DNA from: Escherichia coli
Lineage (GTDB): Bacteria; Pseudomonadota; Gammaproteobacteria; Enterobacterales; Enterobacteriaceae
DNA: 64,000 nucleotides
Direction: 5' to 3' (one strand)
Assembly: GCF_001677475.2 (NCBI RefSeq)
Contig: NZ_CP012497.1
Below, piece after piece: positions 44,601-52,488 of this stretch. The translations under genes and the position numbers were made by a program. Under the pieces are notes generated by a model. That model did no database searches and was not told the DNA's origin. It was given only the letters and a program-made list of their open reading frames with translations. Each line of letters starts with the position of its first letter. The first letter of the stretch is position 1.

Positions 44601-44859
44601 ATAACGTCACTGTACCTTCGGTAGTTAGTTCACCTGAATTTGTGACAGAGATCGCATATCCATTACTTCCTGTATTACTGCCCGTATTAATATCGAGGTT
44701 ATCTTTATTAACTTGAACATCATTATCAATTTTAATAGCAGTTGTTGAAGCGTAAGCATTTGAAAATAATGCGCCGATTATAGCTGCCAGTAGGGTCAAG
44801 CGAGGAGAGTTCCCCCCTGAAGAGCTATTTTTTTTATTATTATAAACAGAAAGTGACAT
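41605..44859 (-). CDS. AIDA-I-type autotransporter adhesin (type Va secretion)
   Basis: 1084 aa; N-terminal signal peptide; about 700 aa of imperfect Gly/Ser/Thr/Asn-rich repeats; Pro-rich linker PEDPTPNPDPEPNPTPTPG; C-terminal beta-barrel ending GVKYTF. Confidence 0.85.
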   Translation of the reverse strand: MSLSVYNNKKNSSSGGNSPRLTLLAAIIGALFSNAYASTTAIKIDNDVQVNKDNLDINTGSNTGSNGYAISVTNSGELTTEGTVTLSTEGDKANGVNISSGSKINSQGGITITTKGKNASGISLDNNSSMTIANGMSITTSGINATGINVDKSSLTVEQGDINTSGVNASGVSILNGGQASLNKVNITTSGDNARGIVSSGINSKIVISDSTITTLGDKKPSQAWGARGISAENNGYVSLTNTQIKTDGTGAWGVSASSAGSAELADVHISTSGQNGYGLRADGNNSSISVSKGLQVTTSGKQAHAVTASNNGNINLGVNASLETSGTQANTIHITGGNGGIITGDSISIKTNGTSAKGIYVTALNPSDSAPDSRVELTGTSTIATLGDQSIGVWGHGKVADISFEQIAINTAGTDSYGINAQNEATVNAHTAQIITKGLNSYGATANSAAKITLGSGSSITTSGDYAHGIWVSDDNTVISGNNASIHVSGKEADSVVAANNAKVELTQENGVMISETRYNFNANGGAISATLDGSQIKNNGTFIFSTSNDAGVGGNVDVTVKNTSFNGDIRADSNSIANLSLENSNWTGTAYNGGIVNLAKNSIWNMVSDSDVAHLNNNGSIYLGSDAKNTLTINGDYTGENGYIYFSGVLGDDTSPIDKLVVKGNTEGKTFVSVNNVGGIGAQTLNGINIIQVDGQSNGDFVQVGRIAAGAYDYTLGRGQGDKNGNWYLTSGKQPEDPTPNPDPEPNPTPTPGDNDLRPEAGSYTANIAAANTMFVTRLHERQGQMQYTDVITGELKTTSMWMRHEGGHNRWRDGSNQLKTQSNRYVMQLGGDIAQWGWNKTDRWHLGLMAGYGNDHNNTESVRTGYRSKGSVNGYSTGLYATWYANDETHNGAYLDSWAQYSWFDNYVKGDGLQSESWKSKGLTASLETGYTWKAGEFTGSQGGLNEWYVQPQAQVIWMGVKADEHRESNGTRVESTGDGNVRTRLGVKTWIKSHSRIDEGKSREFSPFVEVNWLHNTRDFGTRMNGVTVHQDGARNIGEIKTGVEGQINSRLNLWGNVGVQVGDKGYNDTSAMLGVKYTF

Positions 44860-45343
44860 AGATAACCTCGAGTTTATACATTATCCGGATTTATAATAAC
44901 AGATGTTTTAGTTTACTGTGTGATTATGTTCTCGCAAATATTCATGCATTTCGCTGCACAAAATCGGAAAAATAATAAATAAGGAGGTTGAATAAATCAA
45001 TTATTCACTTTAAATAAATTTCAAATGAAAATCATTCAACAAATATATGCGATTAATGTGCATCGTTACATAAAAATCATGGAGACGCATTGAATTATTA
45101 TTCAATTATTGATTATGAAACAACCAGCTTAATATGCGTGCTATTAATTCCTCCATTTATCACCTTTATATCTACTGGTAATAGATGCTGAGGCTTGGTT
45201 AGTAAAATGTCTTCATTTGGTGTTGATGTTAATTTGTGTTTTTTATTGTTTTGTTTTTGTTTTTTATGTGTTTTGCAAATAATAATTTTTGGTTACCTTA
45301 AGTAGTAATTTGTAATTAGCTGCTTGGTGTAATAAGTTTGAAA

Positions 45344-46012
45344 TTAAAGGTAATCATATTTACCTGTGAGTAAGCCTTGCGGCACACGTGTTTCTCCCAT
45401 TCGTTGAGTAGCATTAATAATATTGATGAATGGCTCTATCAGCGAGGGCTCACGCTGCGTATTAATCCTACCAGCCATTGCCTGAATGTAGTGCGCGCTC
45501 ACCACGTTGTTGTATTCCGTTGCAAAGCAACATAGTAGCGTCAGAACGTGCTCTGTGGTTATTTCGCTCCAGTTGATGTTGAAAAATTCATCGCCTTTTT
45601 TGTCGTGTTCGGAATCGAAGATGCTTTGATGGAGAATGTACTTGCCGGACTCCTTGCGTGGTAACTTGATCGCTTTCTGGCGTTCCAGCTCCTTGTAAAT
45701 CTGCATTGCTTCAATCAGTACCGGCCTGCCGTTCATGAAGGGATCGCGCAACCTTACACGCTGGCCAACTCGACCAGTAATAAAGCTGTTTTCCTCTTCC
45801 ACCAGCACGATAAAACCCTTTTCCTCTTTTTCTCGCAATTCGCGCAGCAGCTGGAGTTCCATGTCGCGGCGGCGTTCAGGGTAGCTGGTCCGCTCAGCCA
45901 TTATCAGCTCGTTGTTGATCCATGCAGCAGTCATTGACGCCGGTTTGCCGACGTTCATCGAAACAACGCATATTTTCTTATCCATAGCTCCCCCTACAAA
46001 AAGAAAAGCCAC
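45344..46012 (-). CDS. Hypothetical protein (mat position)
   Basis: 222-aa ORF between the autotransporter island and ref. Confidence 0.35.
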   Translation of the reverse strand: MAFLFVGGAMDKKICVVSMNVGKPASMTAAWINNELIMAERTSYPERRRDMELQLLRELREKEEKGFIVLVEEENSFITGRVGQRVRLRDPFMNGRPVLIEAMQIYKELERQKAIKLPRKESGKYILHQSIFDSEHDKKGDEFFNINWSEITTEHVLTLLCCFATEYNNVVSAHYIQAMAGRINTQREPSLIEPFINIINATQRMGETRVPQGLLTGKYDYL

Positions 46013-46173
46013 CAGCGGCGGCTTAGCAATACAACTGAAGGTAGCGCCCGGTACTCAGACTGTGCCGTCCATGGAATATTTGAAAAGGGATCCATCCGTA
46101 CCGGGCGTGTGATGATTCTGACTCAAGTCACTTGTCAGTTGTCAATCATTTAAGATTAAAAATAATATATTTA

Positions 46174-46734
46174 TTAGTGCATGATGTTTGCCATTTCATA
46201 GGCGTCAGCCAGCAACTCCATCTCTGACTTGTTCAGCAAGGTGAATTCTTTCTTGCCTCCAACCACACCATCGGCATGAACAGGGACCAGCCAGGGGTAT
46301 TTTTCTCTTACTTCAGCCGGAGCTGCATGCTGGTGGTGCCATCTACAAAGTGGCAATTGCTTTTTATGACAACCCGGCGCGGTACGACCGGCGATATGGT
46401 GCAGAGACACCTCATTAGATATTACTCCATGCATATAGCAGGCAATGCAGGGGAGAGCGCCAAGAGCATTGGCGATGCGCCGTTCCTCCGCCGTTGGTGT
46501 TCTCCCCTTCAAGCCACGAGATTTTATTTTTACCGCGCTTTTCCGCGTTTTGCTGGCTGGTGGGCGCTCTTTCTGTTTAGCGATACGGCGGTCGATAGTA
46601 TCTCGCATTTTCTGATATTGAGATTCTCGCCAGACCGGATCAGCCAACTTCTCCCGTTGCCGAGCGATCGCTCGTTCTCTGGCTGCCTTCTGCCACTTGC
46701 GGCACTGTTCAATTTTTTGTTCGATTGTTTTCAT
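46174..46734 (-). CDS. ref: Ref recombination enhancement function (HNH-type nuclease)
   Basis: 186 aa, MKTIEQKIEQCRKWQKAARERAIARQREKLADP...CRWHHQHAAP; recognised as P1 Ref. Confidence 0.85.
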   Translation of the reverse strand: MKTIEQKIEQCRKWQKAARERAIARQREKLADPVWRESQYQKMRDTIDRRIAKQKERPPASKTRKSAVKIKSRGLKGRTPTAEERRIANALGALPCIACYMHGVISNEVSLHHIAGRTAPGCHKKQLPLCRWHHQHAAPAEVREKYPWLVPVHADGVVGGKKEFTLLNKSEMELLADAYEMANIMH

Positions 46735-46820
46735 ATGGTCAAAAAAAAGGCGGCCTAATGGCCGCCTATGATGTCAAGGAGTTAAGTAATGGCTCGTCTT
46801 CGTAGTTGACAAAAACCGCG

Positions 46821-46849
46821 GCTCAATTATAGCAATCAATTAGAGCAAT
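46821..46849. promoter_or_regulatory. Tandem overlapping C1 operator-like sites upstream of ref
   Basis: Reverse complements ATTGCTCTAATTGATT and ATTGCTATAATTGAGC. Confidence 0.5.
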
Positions 46850-46981
46850 GATAGATATTTTGTTTATCGCGAATCACATTTTTTCACTTCAGTACCAGTG
46901 TGCTATACTCCTTCTTGATTGATTGGATGCGGAATACAAACCCGCTCTTTTGTGCAGCCTGGCTCCTTGCCAAGCTTTTTT

Positions 46982-47293
46982 TTATTTCATCATGGAAGCT
47001 GTTAACGCTTTGGACCTTGCTGAACTGATTGAAAGGACATTGTTAACCTTACCCAAGAGTTCGCCAAACTCAGACATCACTTTAGCAAAACCGCGCCGTG
47101 CTTCTTCCTCGGTGGCATTCATCACGAAATGTTCAGCACTACGCATACTTTTGACAGGAAACGCAACGGATATTGAGTCAATATCAGGCATTCTATCGCT
47201 CAGCTTTACAGTGACAATGACGGCTGGCGACTGAATATTAGTGCTTACAGACAGCACTACATATTTTCCGTCGATGTTGAAATCCTTTCTCAT
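46982..47293 (-). CDS. Hypothetical protein (cra position)
   Basis: 103-aa ORF between cre and ref. Confidence 0.35.
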   Translation of the reverse strand: MRKDFNIDGKYVVLSVSTNIQSPAVIVTVKLSDRMPDIDSISVAFPVKSMRSAEHFVMNATEEEARRGFAKVMSEFGELLGKVNNVLSISSARSKALTASMMK

Positions 47294-47310
47294 ATGTCAC
47301 CATAAATATC

Positions 47311-47326
47311 AAAGAATTAGAGCAAT
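47311..47326. promoter_or_regulatory. C1 operator-like site
   Basis: Reverse complement ATTGCTCTAATTCTTT. Confidence 0.45.
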
Positions 47327-47343
47327 CATTTACGCATTAATGG

Positions 47344-48375
47344 CTAATCGCCATCTTCCAGCAGGCGCACCATTGCCCCTGTTTCACTATCCAGGTTACG
47401 GATATAGTTCATGACAATATTTACGTTGGTCCAGCCACCAGCTTGCATGATCTCCGGTATTGAAACTCCGGCACGGGCCATATCTCGCGCGGCTCCGACA
47501 CGGGCACTGTGTCCAGACCAGGCCAGGTACCTCTGGCCAGAGTCATCCTTAGCCCCGTAAATCAATCGGTGAGTTGCTTCAAAAATCCCTTCCAGGGCGC
47601 GAGTTGATAGCTGGCTGGTGGGTGATGGCGAGGCAACACCATTTTTTCTGACCCGGCAAAACAAGTAGTTATTCGGATCATCAGCCACACCAGAGACAGA
47701 AATCCATCGCTCGACCAGTTTAGTTACCCCCAGGCTAAGTGCCTTCTCTACACCTGCGGTGCTAACCAGCGTTTTCGTTCTGCCAATATGGATTAACATT
47801 CTCCCACCGTCAGTACGTGAGATATCTTTAACCCTGATCCTGGCAATTTCGGCTATACGTAACAGGGTGTTATAAGCAATCCCCAGAAATGCCAGATTAC
47901 GTATATCCTGGCAGCGATCGCTATTTTCCATGAGTGAACGAACCTGGTCGAAATCAGTGCGTTCGAACGCTAGTGCCTGTTTTGCACGTTCACCGGCATC
48001 AACGTTTTCTTTTCGGATCCGCCGCATAACCAGTGAAACAGCATTGCTGTCACTTGGTCGCGGCAGCCCGGACCGACGATGAAGCATGTTTAGCTGGCCC
48101 AAATGTTGCTGGATAGTTTTTACTGCCAGACCGCGCGCCTGAAGATATAGAAGATAATCGCGAACATCTTCAGGTTCTGCGGGAAACCATTTCCGGTTAT
48201 TCAACTTGCACCATGCCGCCCATGACCGGCAAACGGACAGAAGCATTTTCCAGGTATGCTCAGAAAACGCCTGGCGATCCCTGAACATATCCATCAGGTT
48301 CTTGCGAACCTCATCACTCGTTGCATCGACCGGCAATGCAGGCAAATTTTGGTGAACGGTTAACGATTTAGTCAT
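47344..48375 (-). CDS. cre: Cre tyrosine recombinase
   Basis: 343 aa, ...LTVHQNLPALPVDATSDEVRKNLMDMFRDRQAFSEHTWKMLLSVCRSWAAWCKLNNRKWFPAEPEDVRDYLLYLQARGLAVKTIQQHLGQLNMLHRRSGLP...; matches Cre apart from N-terminal residues. Confidence 0.95.
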   Translation of the reverse strand: MTKSLTVHQNLPALPVDATSDEVRKNLMDMFRDRQAFSEHTWKMLLSVCRSWAAWCKLNNRKWFPAEPEDVRDYLLYLQARGLAVKTIQQHLGQLNMLHRRSGLPRPSDSNAVSLVMRRIRKENVDAGERAKQALAFERTDFDQVRSLMENSDRCQDIRNLAFLGIAYNTLLRIAEIARIRVKDISRTDGGRMLIHIGRTKTLVSTAGVEKALSLGVTKLVERWISVSGVADDPNNYLFCRVRKNGVASPSPTSQLSTRALEGIFEATHRLIYGAKDDSGQRYLAWSGHSARVGAARDMARAGVSIPEIMQAGGWTNVNIVMNYIRNLDSETGAMVRLLEDGD

Positions 48376-48767
48376 TTATTATGCGTAATTTTAACAGTTA
48401 AGCCTTGTTCATGAAGTATCTCATCAATAATTCGAATCACATCCCCAGGTAGATCATCGTTCTCGAAATATCTGTGATCGGGGATTTCTACAGTGATTGG
48501 AGTTGCTGCTTCATGCAAAATCCGAACAGTCTTTTTTTCTTCTTTGCATGCTGAATATTCAGCCTCTTCGATATCTTTCCAGCTTGCACCATCAAATTGC
48601 TGGTAAACCCGAGTGTACTGCATGCGGTTTCGCTTTACTTCTTCTGCTAACTCCCAAATTGCAACGGCCATAGCACGTTCATTTTCACTCGTTCCAGGGT
48701 TAGCAGCTTTTTGTTTTGCGTCCTTAAGTAAGGCGTTTACCTTGGCATCCGTCAGGCTATTAAACAT
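48372..48767 (-). CDS. Hypothetical protein upstream of cre
   Basis: 131 aa; its stop overlaps the cre start by 4 bp. Confidence 0.4.
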   Translation of the reverse strand: MFNSLTDAKVNALLKDAKQKAANPGTSENERAMAVAIWELAEEVKRNRMQYTRVYQQFDGASWKDIEEAEYSACKEEKKTVRILHEAATPITVEIPDHRYFENDDLPGDVIRIIDEILHEQGLTVKITHNK

Positions 48768-48786
48768 GCATCACCTCATGATCAAG

Positions 48787-49008
48787 TTAAATTATTGTTT
48801 TCAGCAGAGTGTACAGGATTGGATCTGCCTTTACCTGTTTATGGTTCTCGTCATAGAAACGCCAGCGACCGCGCGTGCGTTCTATTTTCTCTTCACCGCG
48901 AGATAATGACAGTTGGTAACTATCACGCTCAAACCCTTTTGCCCGCCAGTAACCACGGTTTTTCTCAAGCTCAAGATGAGTGGACACTTTAGCAGCTGAA
49001 TATCCCAT
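48787..49008 (-). CDS. Hypothetical small basic protein
   Basis: 73-aa ORF between loxP and cre. Confidence 0.25.
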   Translation of the reverse strand: MGYSAAKVSTHLELEKNRGYWRAKGFERDSYQLSLSRGEEKIERTRGRWRFYDENHKQVKADPILYTLLKTII

Positions 49009-49197
49009 TTTTCACCTCTGATTGATTGGTGGTGCTAAGTGCGCTACGCGAAATCTGGAGCACTAACACTGCCAACATTTCGCAGATTTTACGTAGCGCA
49101 ACCTTGATCAAATGATCAAGTGATCACTATTTGACCTGATAAGGTATTGAACTGTATGGATTTACAGGTAAATTGATCATGTTCAATAACCCTTAAG

Positions 49198-49231
49198 ATA
49201 ACTTCGTATAATGTATGCTATACGAAGTTAT
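49198..49231. other. loxP site
   Basis: Exact ATAACTTCGTATA-ATGTATGC-TATACGAAGTTAT (13-bp inverted repeats, 8-bp spacer). Confidence 0.95.
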
Positions 49232-49276
49232 TAGGTCTGAAGAGGAGTTTACGTCCAGCTGCGCATAAAAAACAAG

Positions 49277-49291
49277 AATTATTAGAGCAAT
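49277..49291. promoter_or_regulatory. C1 operator (minus orientation)
   Basis: Reverse complement ATTGCTCTAATAATT. Confidence 0.55.
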
Positions 49292-49357
49292 ATATTTTGA
49301 GAGATAAATCCCACTCCACCAGCCAAAAACTGGATTGTTTTTCATAGTTGTTTGACA

Positions 49358-49373
49358 ATTGCTCTAATAAATT
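49358..49373. promoter_or_regulatory. C1 operator (plus orientation), upstream of coi-c1
   Basis: ATTGCTCTAATAAATT, near-exact consensus. Confidence 0.6.
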
Positions 49374-49612
49374 ATAGTTTTGCCACCGTTTCGTAATACG
49401 ACTTTGGATTCACTATTTAATGTGTCTTCAGCGTTGTAGAGCGGCTCAGAAGGAAATGAGCAAACAGGGAAACCTTATACAACGGCATTACAGCTATGCA
49501 TTGCTCATCTTACACACAGCGCAATGTTGATAGATAACCCCAGCATGGAACATGGGTGAAACAGTAGGTCAGAGCTTCAGGCTCTGTGTTGTCAATACAG
49601 TGAGGCATAATT

Positions 49613-49822
49613 ATGGCTTTCATTCCACCAACCATCGACGATGTTAGACATTGCTCTAACGCTTTATCTGTAGACCCCGCCGAAACCGACGCTGCTCGCG
49701 CCATTGCTGAACACTACTCAAAGATATCCAATCAGGAGTACCGCATCACCCAAGACGACCTGGATGACCTCACTGACACAATCGAATATCTCATGGCAAC
49801 TAACCAGTTAGACTCACAATAA
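49613..49822 (+). CDS. coi: Coi-like (C1 inactivator), by size and position
   Basis: 69 aa immediately upstream of c1. Confidence 0.55.
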   Translation: MAFIPPTIDDVRHCSNALSVDPAETDAARAIAEHYSKISNQEYRITQDDLDDLTDTIEYLMATNQLDSQ

Positions 49823-49932
49823 ATGCACTAATAAATCTATTATTTTTGTTTGATCCCTCTATAATATAGGTCAGTAATGACCGGTTTTCTCAGCCGGGCG
49901 TTATTGACCATGTCAATTCTGGAGGAGGATCA

Positions 49933-50784
49933 ATGATAAATTATGTCTACGGCGAACAACTGTACCAGGAGTTCGTCAGCTTCAGGGATCTCTTTCTAAA
50001 AAAAGCTGTTGCACGCGCCCAACACGTTGATGCCGCCAGCGACGGTCGTCCTGTACGCCCGGTTGTCGTTCTACCGTTCAAAGAAACAGACAGCATTCAG
50101 GCTGAAATTGATAAATGGACTTTAATGGCGCGGGAACTGGAACAGTACCCAGACCTCAATATCCCAAAGACTATTTTATATCCTGTGCCTAACATCCTTC
50201 GCGGTGTACGTAAGGTTACGACTTATCAGACAGAAGCTGTGAACAGCGTCAACATGACCGCTGGCCGCATTATTCATCTGATTGATAAGGACATTCGCAT
50301 CCAAAAAAGCGCGGGGATCAATGAGCACAGTGCGAAATACATAGAGAACCTGGAAGCAACAAAAGAGCTAATGAAGCAGTACCCAGAGGATGAAAAATTC
50401 CGTATGCGCGTACACGGCTTTAGCGAAACAATGCTGCGCGTCCACTACATTTCCAGTAGCCCTAACTACAATGATGGTAAATCAGTTAGTTACCATGTGC
50501 CACTGTGTGGCGTGTTTATCTGCGATGAAACTCTCCGTGATGGAATTATCATCAACGGTGAATTCGAAAAAGCAAAATTTAGCCTTTATGACTCCATAGA
50601 ACCGATCATCTGCGACCGCTGGCCGCAAGCAAAAATATATCGCCTGGCAGATATTGAAAATGTAAAAAAACAAATTGCCATCACTCGCGAAGAGAAAAAG
50701 GTTAAGTCAGCCGCATCAGTTACGCGCAGCCGTAAAACTAAGAAGGGGCAGCCAGTAAACGACAACCCCGAAAGCGCGCAATAA
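49933..50784 (+). CDS. c1: C1 immunity repressor
   Basis: 283 aa, MINYVYGEQLYQEFVSFRDLFLKKAVARAQ...; matching operators throughout the window. Confidence 0.85.
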   Translation: MINYVYGEQLYQEFVSFRDLFLKKAVARAQHVDAASDGRPVRPVVVLPFKETDSIQAEIDKWTLMARELEQYPDLNIPKTILYPVPNILRGVRKVTTYQTEAVNSVNMTAGRIIHLIDKDIRIQKSAGINEHSAKYIENLEATKELMKQYPEDEKFRMRVHGFSETMLRVHYISSSPNYNDGKSVSYHVPLCGVFICDETLRDGIIINGEFEKAKFSLYDSIEPIICDRWPQAKIYRLADIENVKKQIAITREEKKVKSAASVTRSRKTKKGQPVNDNPESAQ

Positions 50785-50816
50785 ATTATGCCCGGCATCA
50801 ACCGGGCATTCTTCCA

Positions 50817-51932
50817 TTATTCAGCCGCCACCGGTTTTAACAAGCCAGCATCGAGCAGTTTACGCGTCAACCACTGTTGGCCTTTCCCCGTTAATTGAGG
50901 CGTCAGCCGTATCTGATAGCCATCTTCATCATCCAGCACCACTTCTCTCACTGTGAAATATCCGGCGTTTATGTACTGCTGAAACGGTACATTTTTACGT
51001 CCGCCGGACGCAATCAGGATGCCGTTCTCCCGTAACCAGGCAAACAGCGCATTTTGCTTAAGTCCAACAACCTTTGCAAAATTCCCAATCAGGATCCCCT
51101 TAGCCACTGATACCCGGTCGGCAAAATCGACTTTAGGGGCTGCGGCCACCAGCTGCTGATTTAGCTGGTGGGTTTTCTGTTCCAGAAGTTGCTTTTGTTC
51201 AGCCAGCTCGGCAGCCAGGCGCAGAGCTTCTGGAAGCGTCTGGGGGATTGCGATCGGTTGCTGTTCTTTTTGTCGGAAGTAGCTGTCTTCCAGTTTTTCA
51301 AAGAATGCCCATGCCTGATCTGTTTCGAGCATTTTTGCGTGACGGGCAGCTCCTCGTTCCGTCCAGAGGATGAGTGAGCGGGCTTTAGGAGAGATGGGAT
51401 TTTGTGAGTTACTTAAAGTCACCCGCAAATTGTTCAAATCATCTCCAATAACTTTATAGAAATGCTTGCCTTCACAAAAACGTTCAGCATTACGGGAAAA
51501 GTTCTTCTTGATGTTATCCGCATCGGTCCCATACCCCTTAGCAAGGATCTTGGTTGTCACTACACGCACTCCCAGCCATTCCAGAACGGGAATTTCATCA
51601 GACTGATTCTGAACAACCACCAGCTCTGACTCCTGAACTGAAGGTGCATGAACTTTTTCTGATTTAACGTTAGTTGCTTTCATTCTGTGTGCCTCCTTGC
51701 GTGTTTCGGCTGCGACGGTTGCGTAATTCAGATGCCCCTGTTCGAGCAGGTATTCGCGGATATCAGACAGCAGGATGCGGTGAACCGCGTTCTTGTCCTT
51801 TCTCCGGTAAAGTTGTTTGGTGATCATGAAGTAGTTGGCTATAACGCCTGGTATATCCCTGGTACTGATACAAGCAGTGTGCTGTTCAATTGCCTCGATC
51901 ATCTCTTCACGGGTGACTAATGACGTTCTCAT
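50817..51932 (-). CDS. ant1: Antirepressor Ant1-like (KilA-C / antirepressor C-terminal domain)
   Basis: 371 aa from MRTSLVTREEM...; its start overlaps the icd stop (ATGA); C-terminal DFADRVSVAKGILIGNFAKVVGLKQNALFAWLRENGIL. Confidence 0.6.
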   Translation of the reverse strand: MRTSLVTREEMIEAIEQHTACISTRDIPGVIANYFMITKQLYRRKDKNAVHRILLSDIREYLLEQGHLNYATVAAETRKEAHRMKATNVKSEKVHAPSVQESELVVVQNQSDEIPVLEWLGVRVVTTKILAKGYGTDADNIKKNFSRNAERFCEGKHFYKVIGDDLNNLRVTLSNSQNPISPKARSLILWTERGAARHAKMLETDQAWAFFEKLEDSYFRQKEQQPIAIPQTLPEALRLAAELAEQKQLLEQKTHQLNQQLVAAAPKVDFADRVSVAKGILIGNFAKVVGLKQNALFAWLRENGILIASGGRKNVPFQQYINAGYFTVREVVLDDEDGYQIRLTPQLTGKGQQWLTRKLLDAGLLKPVAAE

Positions 51933-52150
51933 AGTCCCTCCTGAGCACAAGCGTTTACAGGGGGGCACCAGTAACTGAGAGAATTGCGCAAATCGGTAGA
52001 AAAACGGGCGGAGAAAATACAGGGAGCATCCGGAAGCTGAGAACGTGCCTCATCTTCTGTTGGTGCGATAACGAAGTGATAGTGACGTTTCTGGCAGGAG
52101 TAAAAGCGCCAGATGAATTCAGGGTGAGCTGGGGTAGGGGTAGTAGCCAT
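51929..52150 (-). CDS. icd: Icd-like small protein
   Basis: 73 aa (MATTPTPAHPEFIWRFY...), strong SD AAGGAGG 8 nt upstream; translationally coupled to ant. Confidence 0.55.
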   Translation of the reverse strand: MATTPTPAHPEFIWRFYSCQKRHYHFVIAPTEDEARSQLPDAPCIFSARFSTDLRNSLSYWCPPVNACAQEGL

Positions 52151-52159
52151 AATGGCAGC

Positions 52160-52468
52160 CTCCTTAGACGTTGGTATGTAACCACCGCAGAAGAGACCAA
52201 TCTTGCTGGCGGTGGACTGTACGGAGTTGGCCTTACTGGCGTCCAAGGTAACCAGCCTACCCGAAGGTAGCCCCATACAGCCCACCATTGTAGAGGTGTG
52301 CGTGTACGCCGATACAAAAAAAGACGCGAGCGGCGTCTGTATCGCCTTAGACTTAAGCGGGAGGCCAATCCCGGCACCCGTTTTAATGAGGTGCCTGATC
52401 AGCATAAACCGAAAATGCCTCAAGGCGCAAGAGGTCAGGTTCAATGTAACATCGGTAGTTAAAAAACA
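52160..52468 (-). ncRNA. Candidate c4-like antisense RNA / structured leader of the icd-ant operon
   Basis: About 300 bp non-coding region upstream of icd, with a terminator-like hairpin and a repeat of the icd RBS-region sequence (CCTTAGAC). Confidence 0.3.
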
Positions 52469-52469
52469 C

Positions 52470-52486
52470 AATTTATTAGAGCAAAT
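52470..52486. promoter_or_regulatory. C1 operator variant upstream of the icd-ant region
   Basis: Reverse complement ATTTGCTCTAATAAATT. Confidence 0.45.
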
Positions 52487-52488
52487 AT

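Noticed and set aside
47344-49231. Cre/loxP as a chromosomal integration module
   Set aside because: In P1-type elements Cre-loxP resolves plasmid multimers and cyclises the genome; no att-like core duplication or tRNA target is seen.
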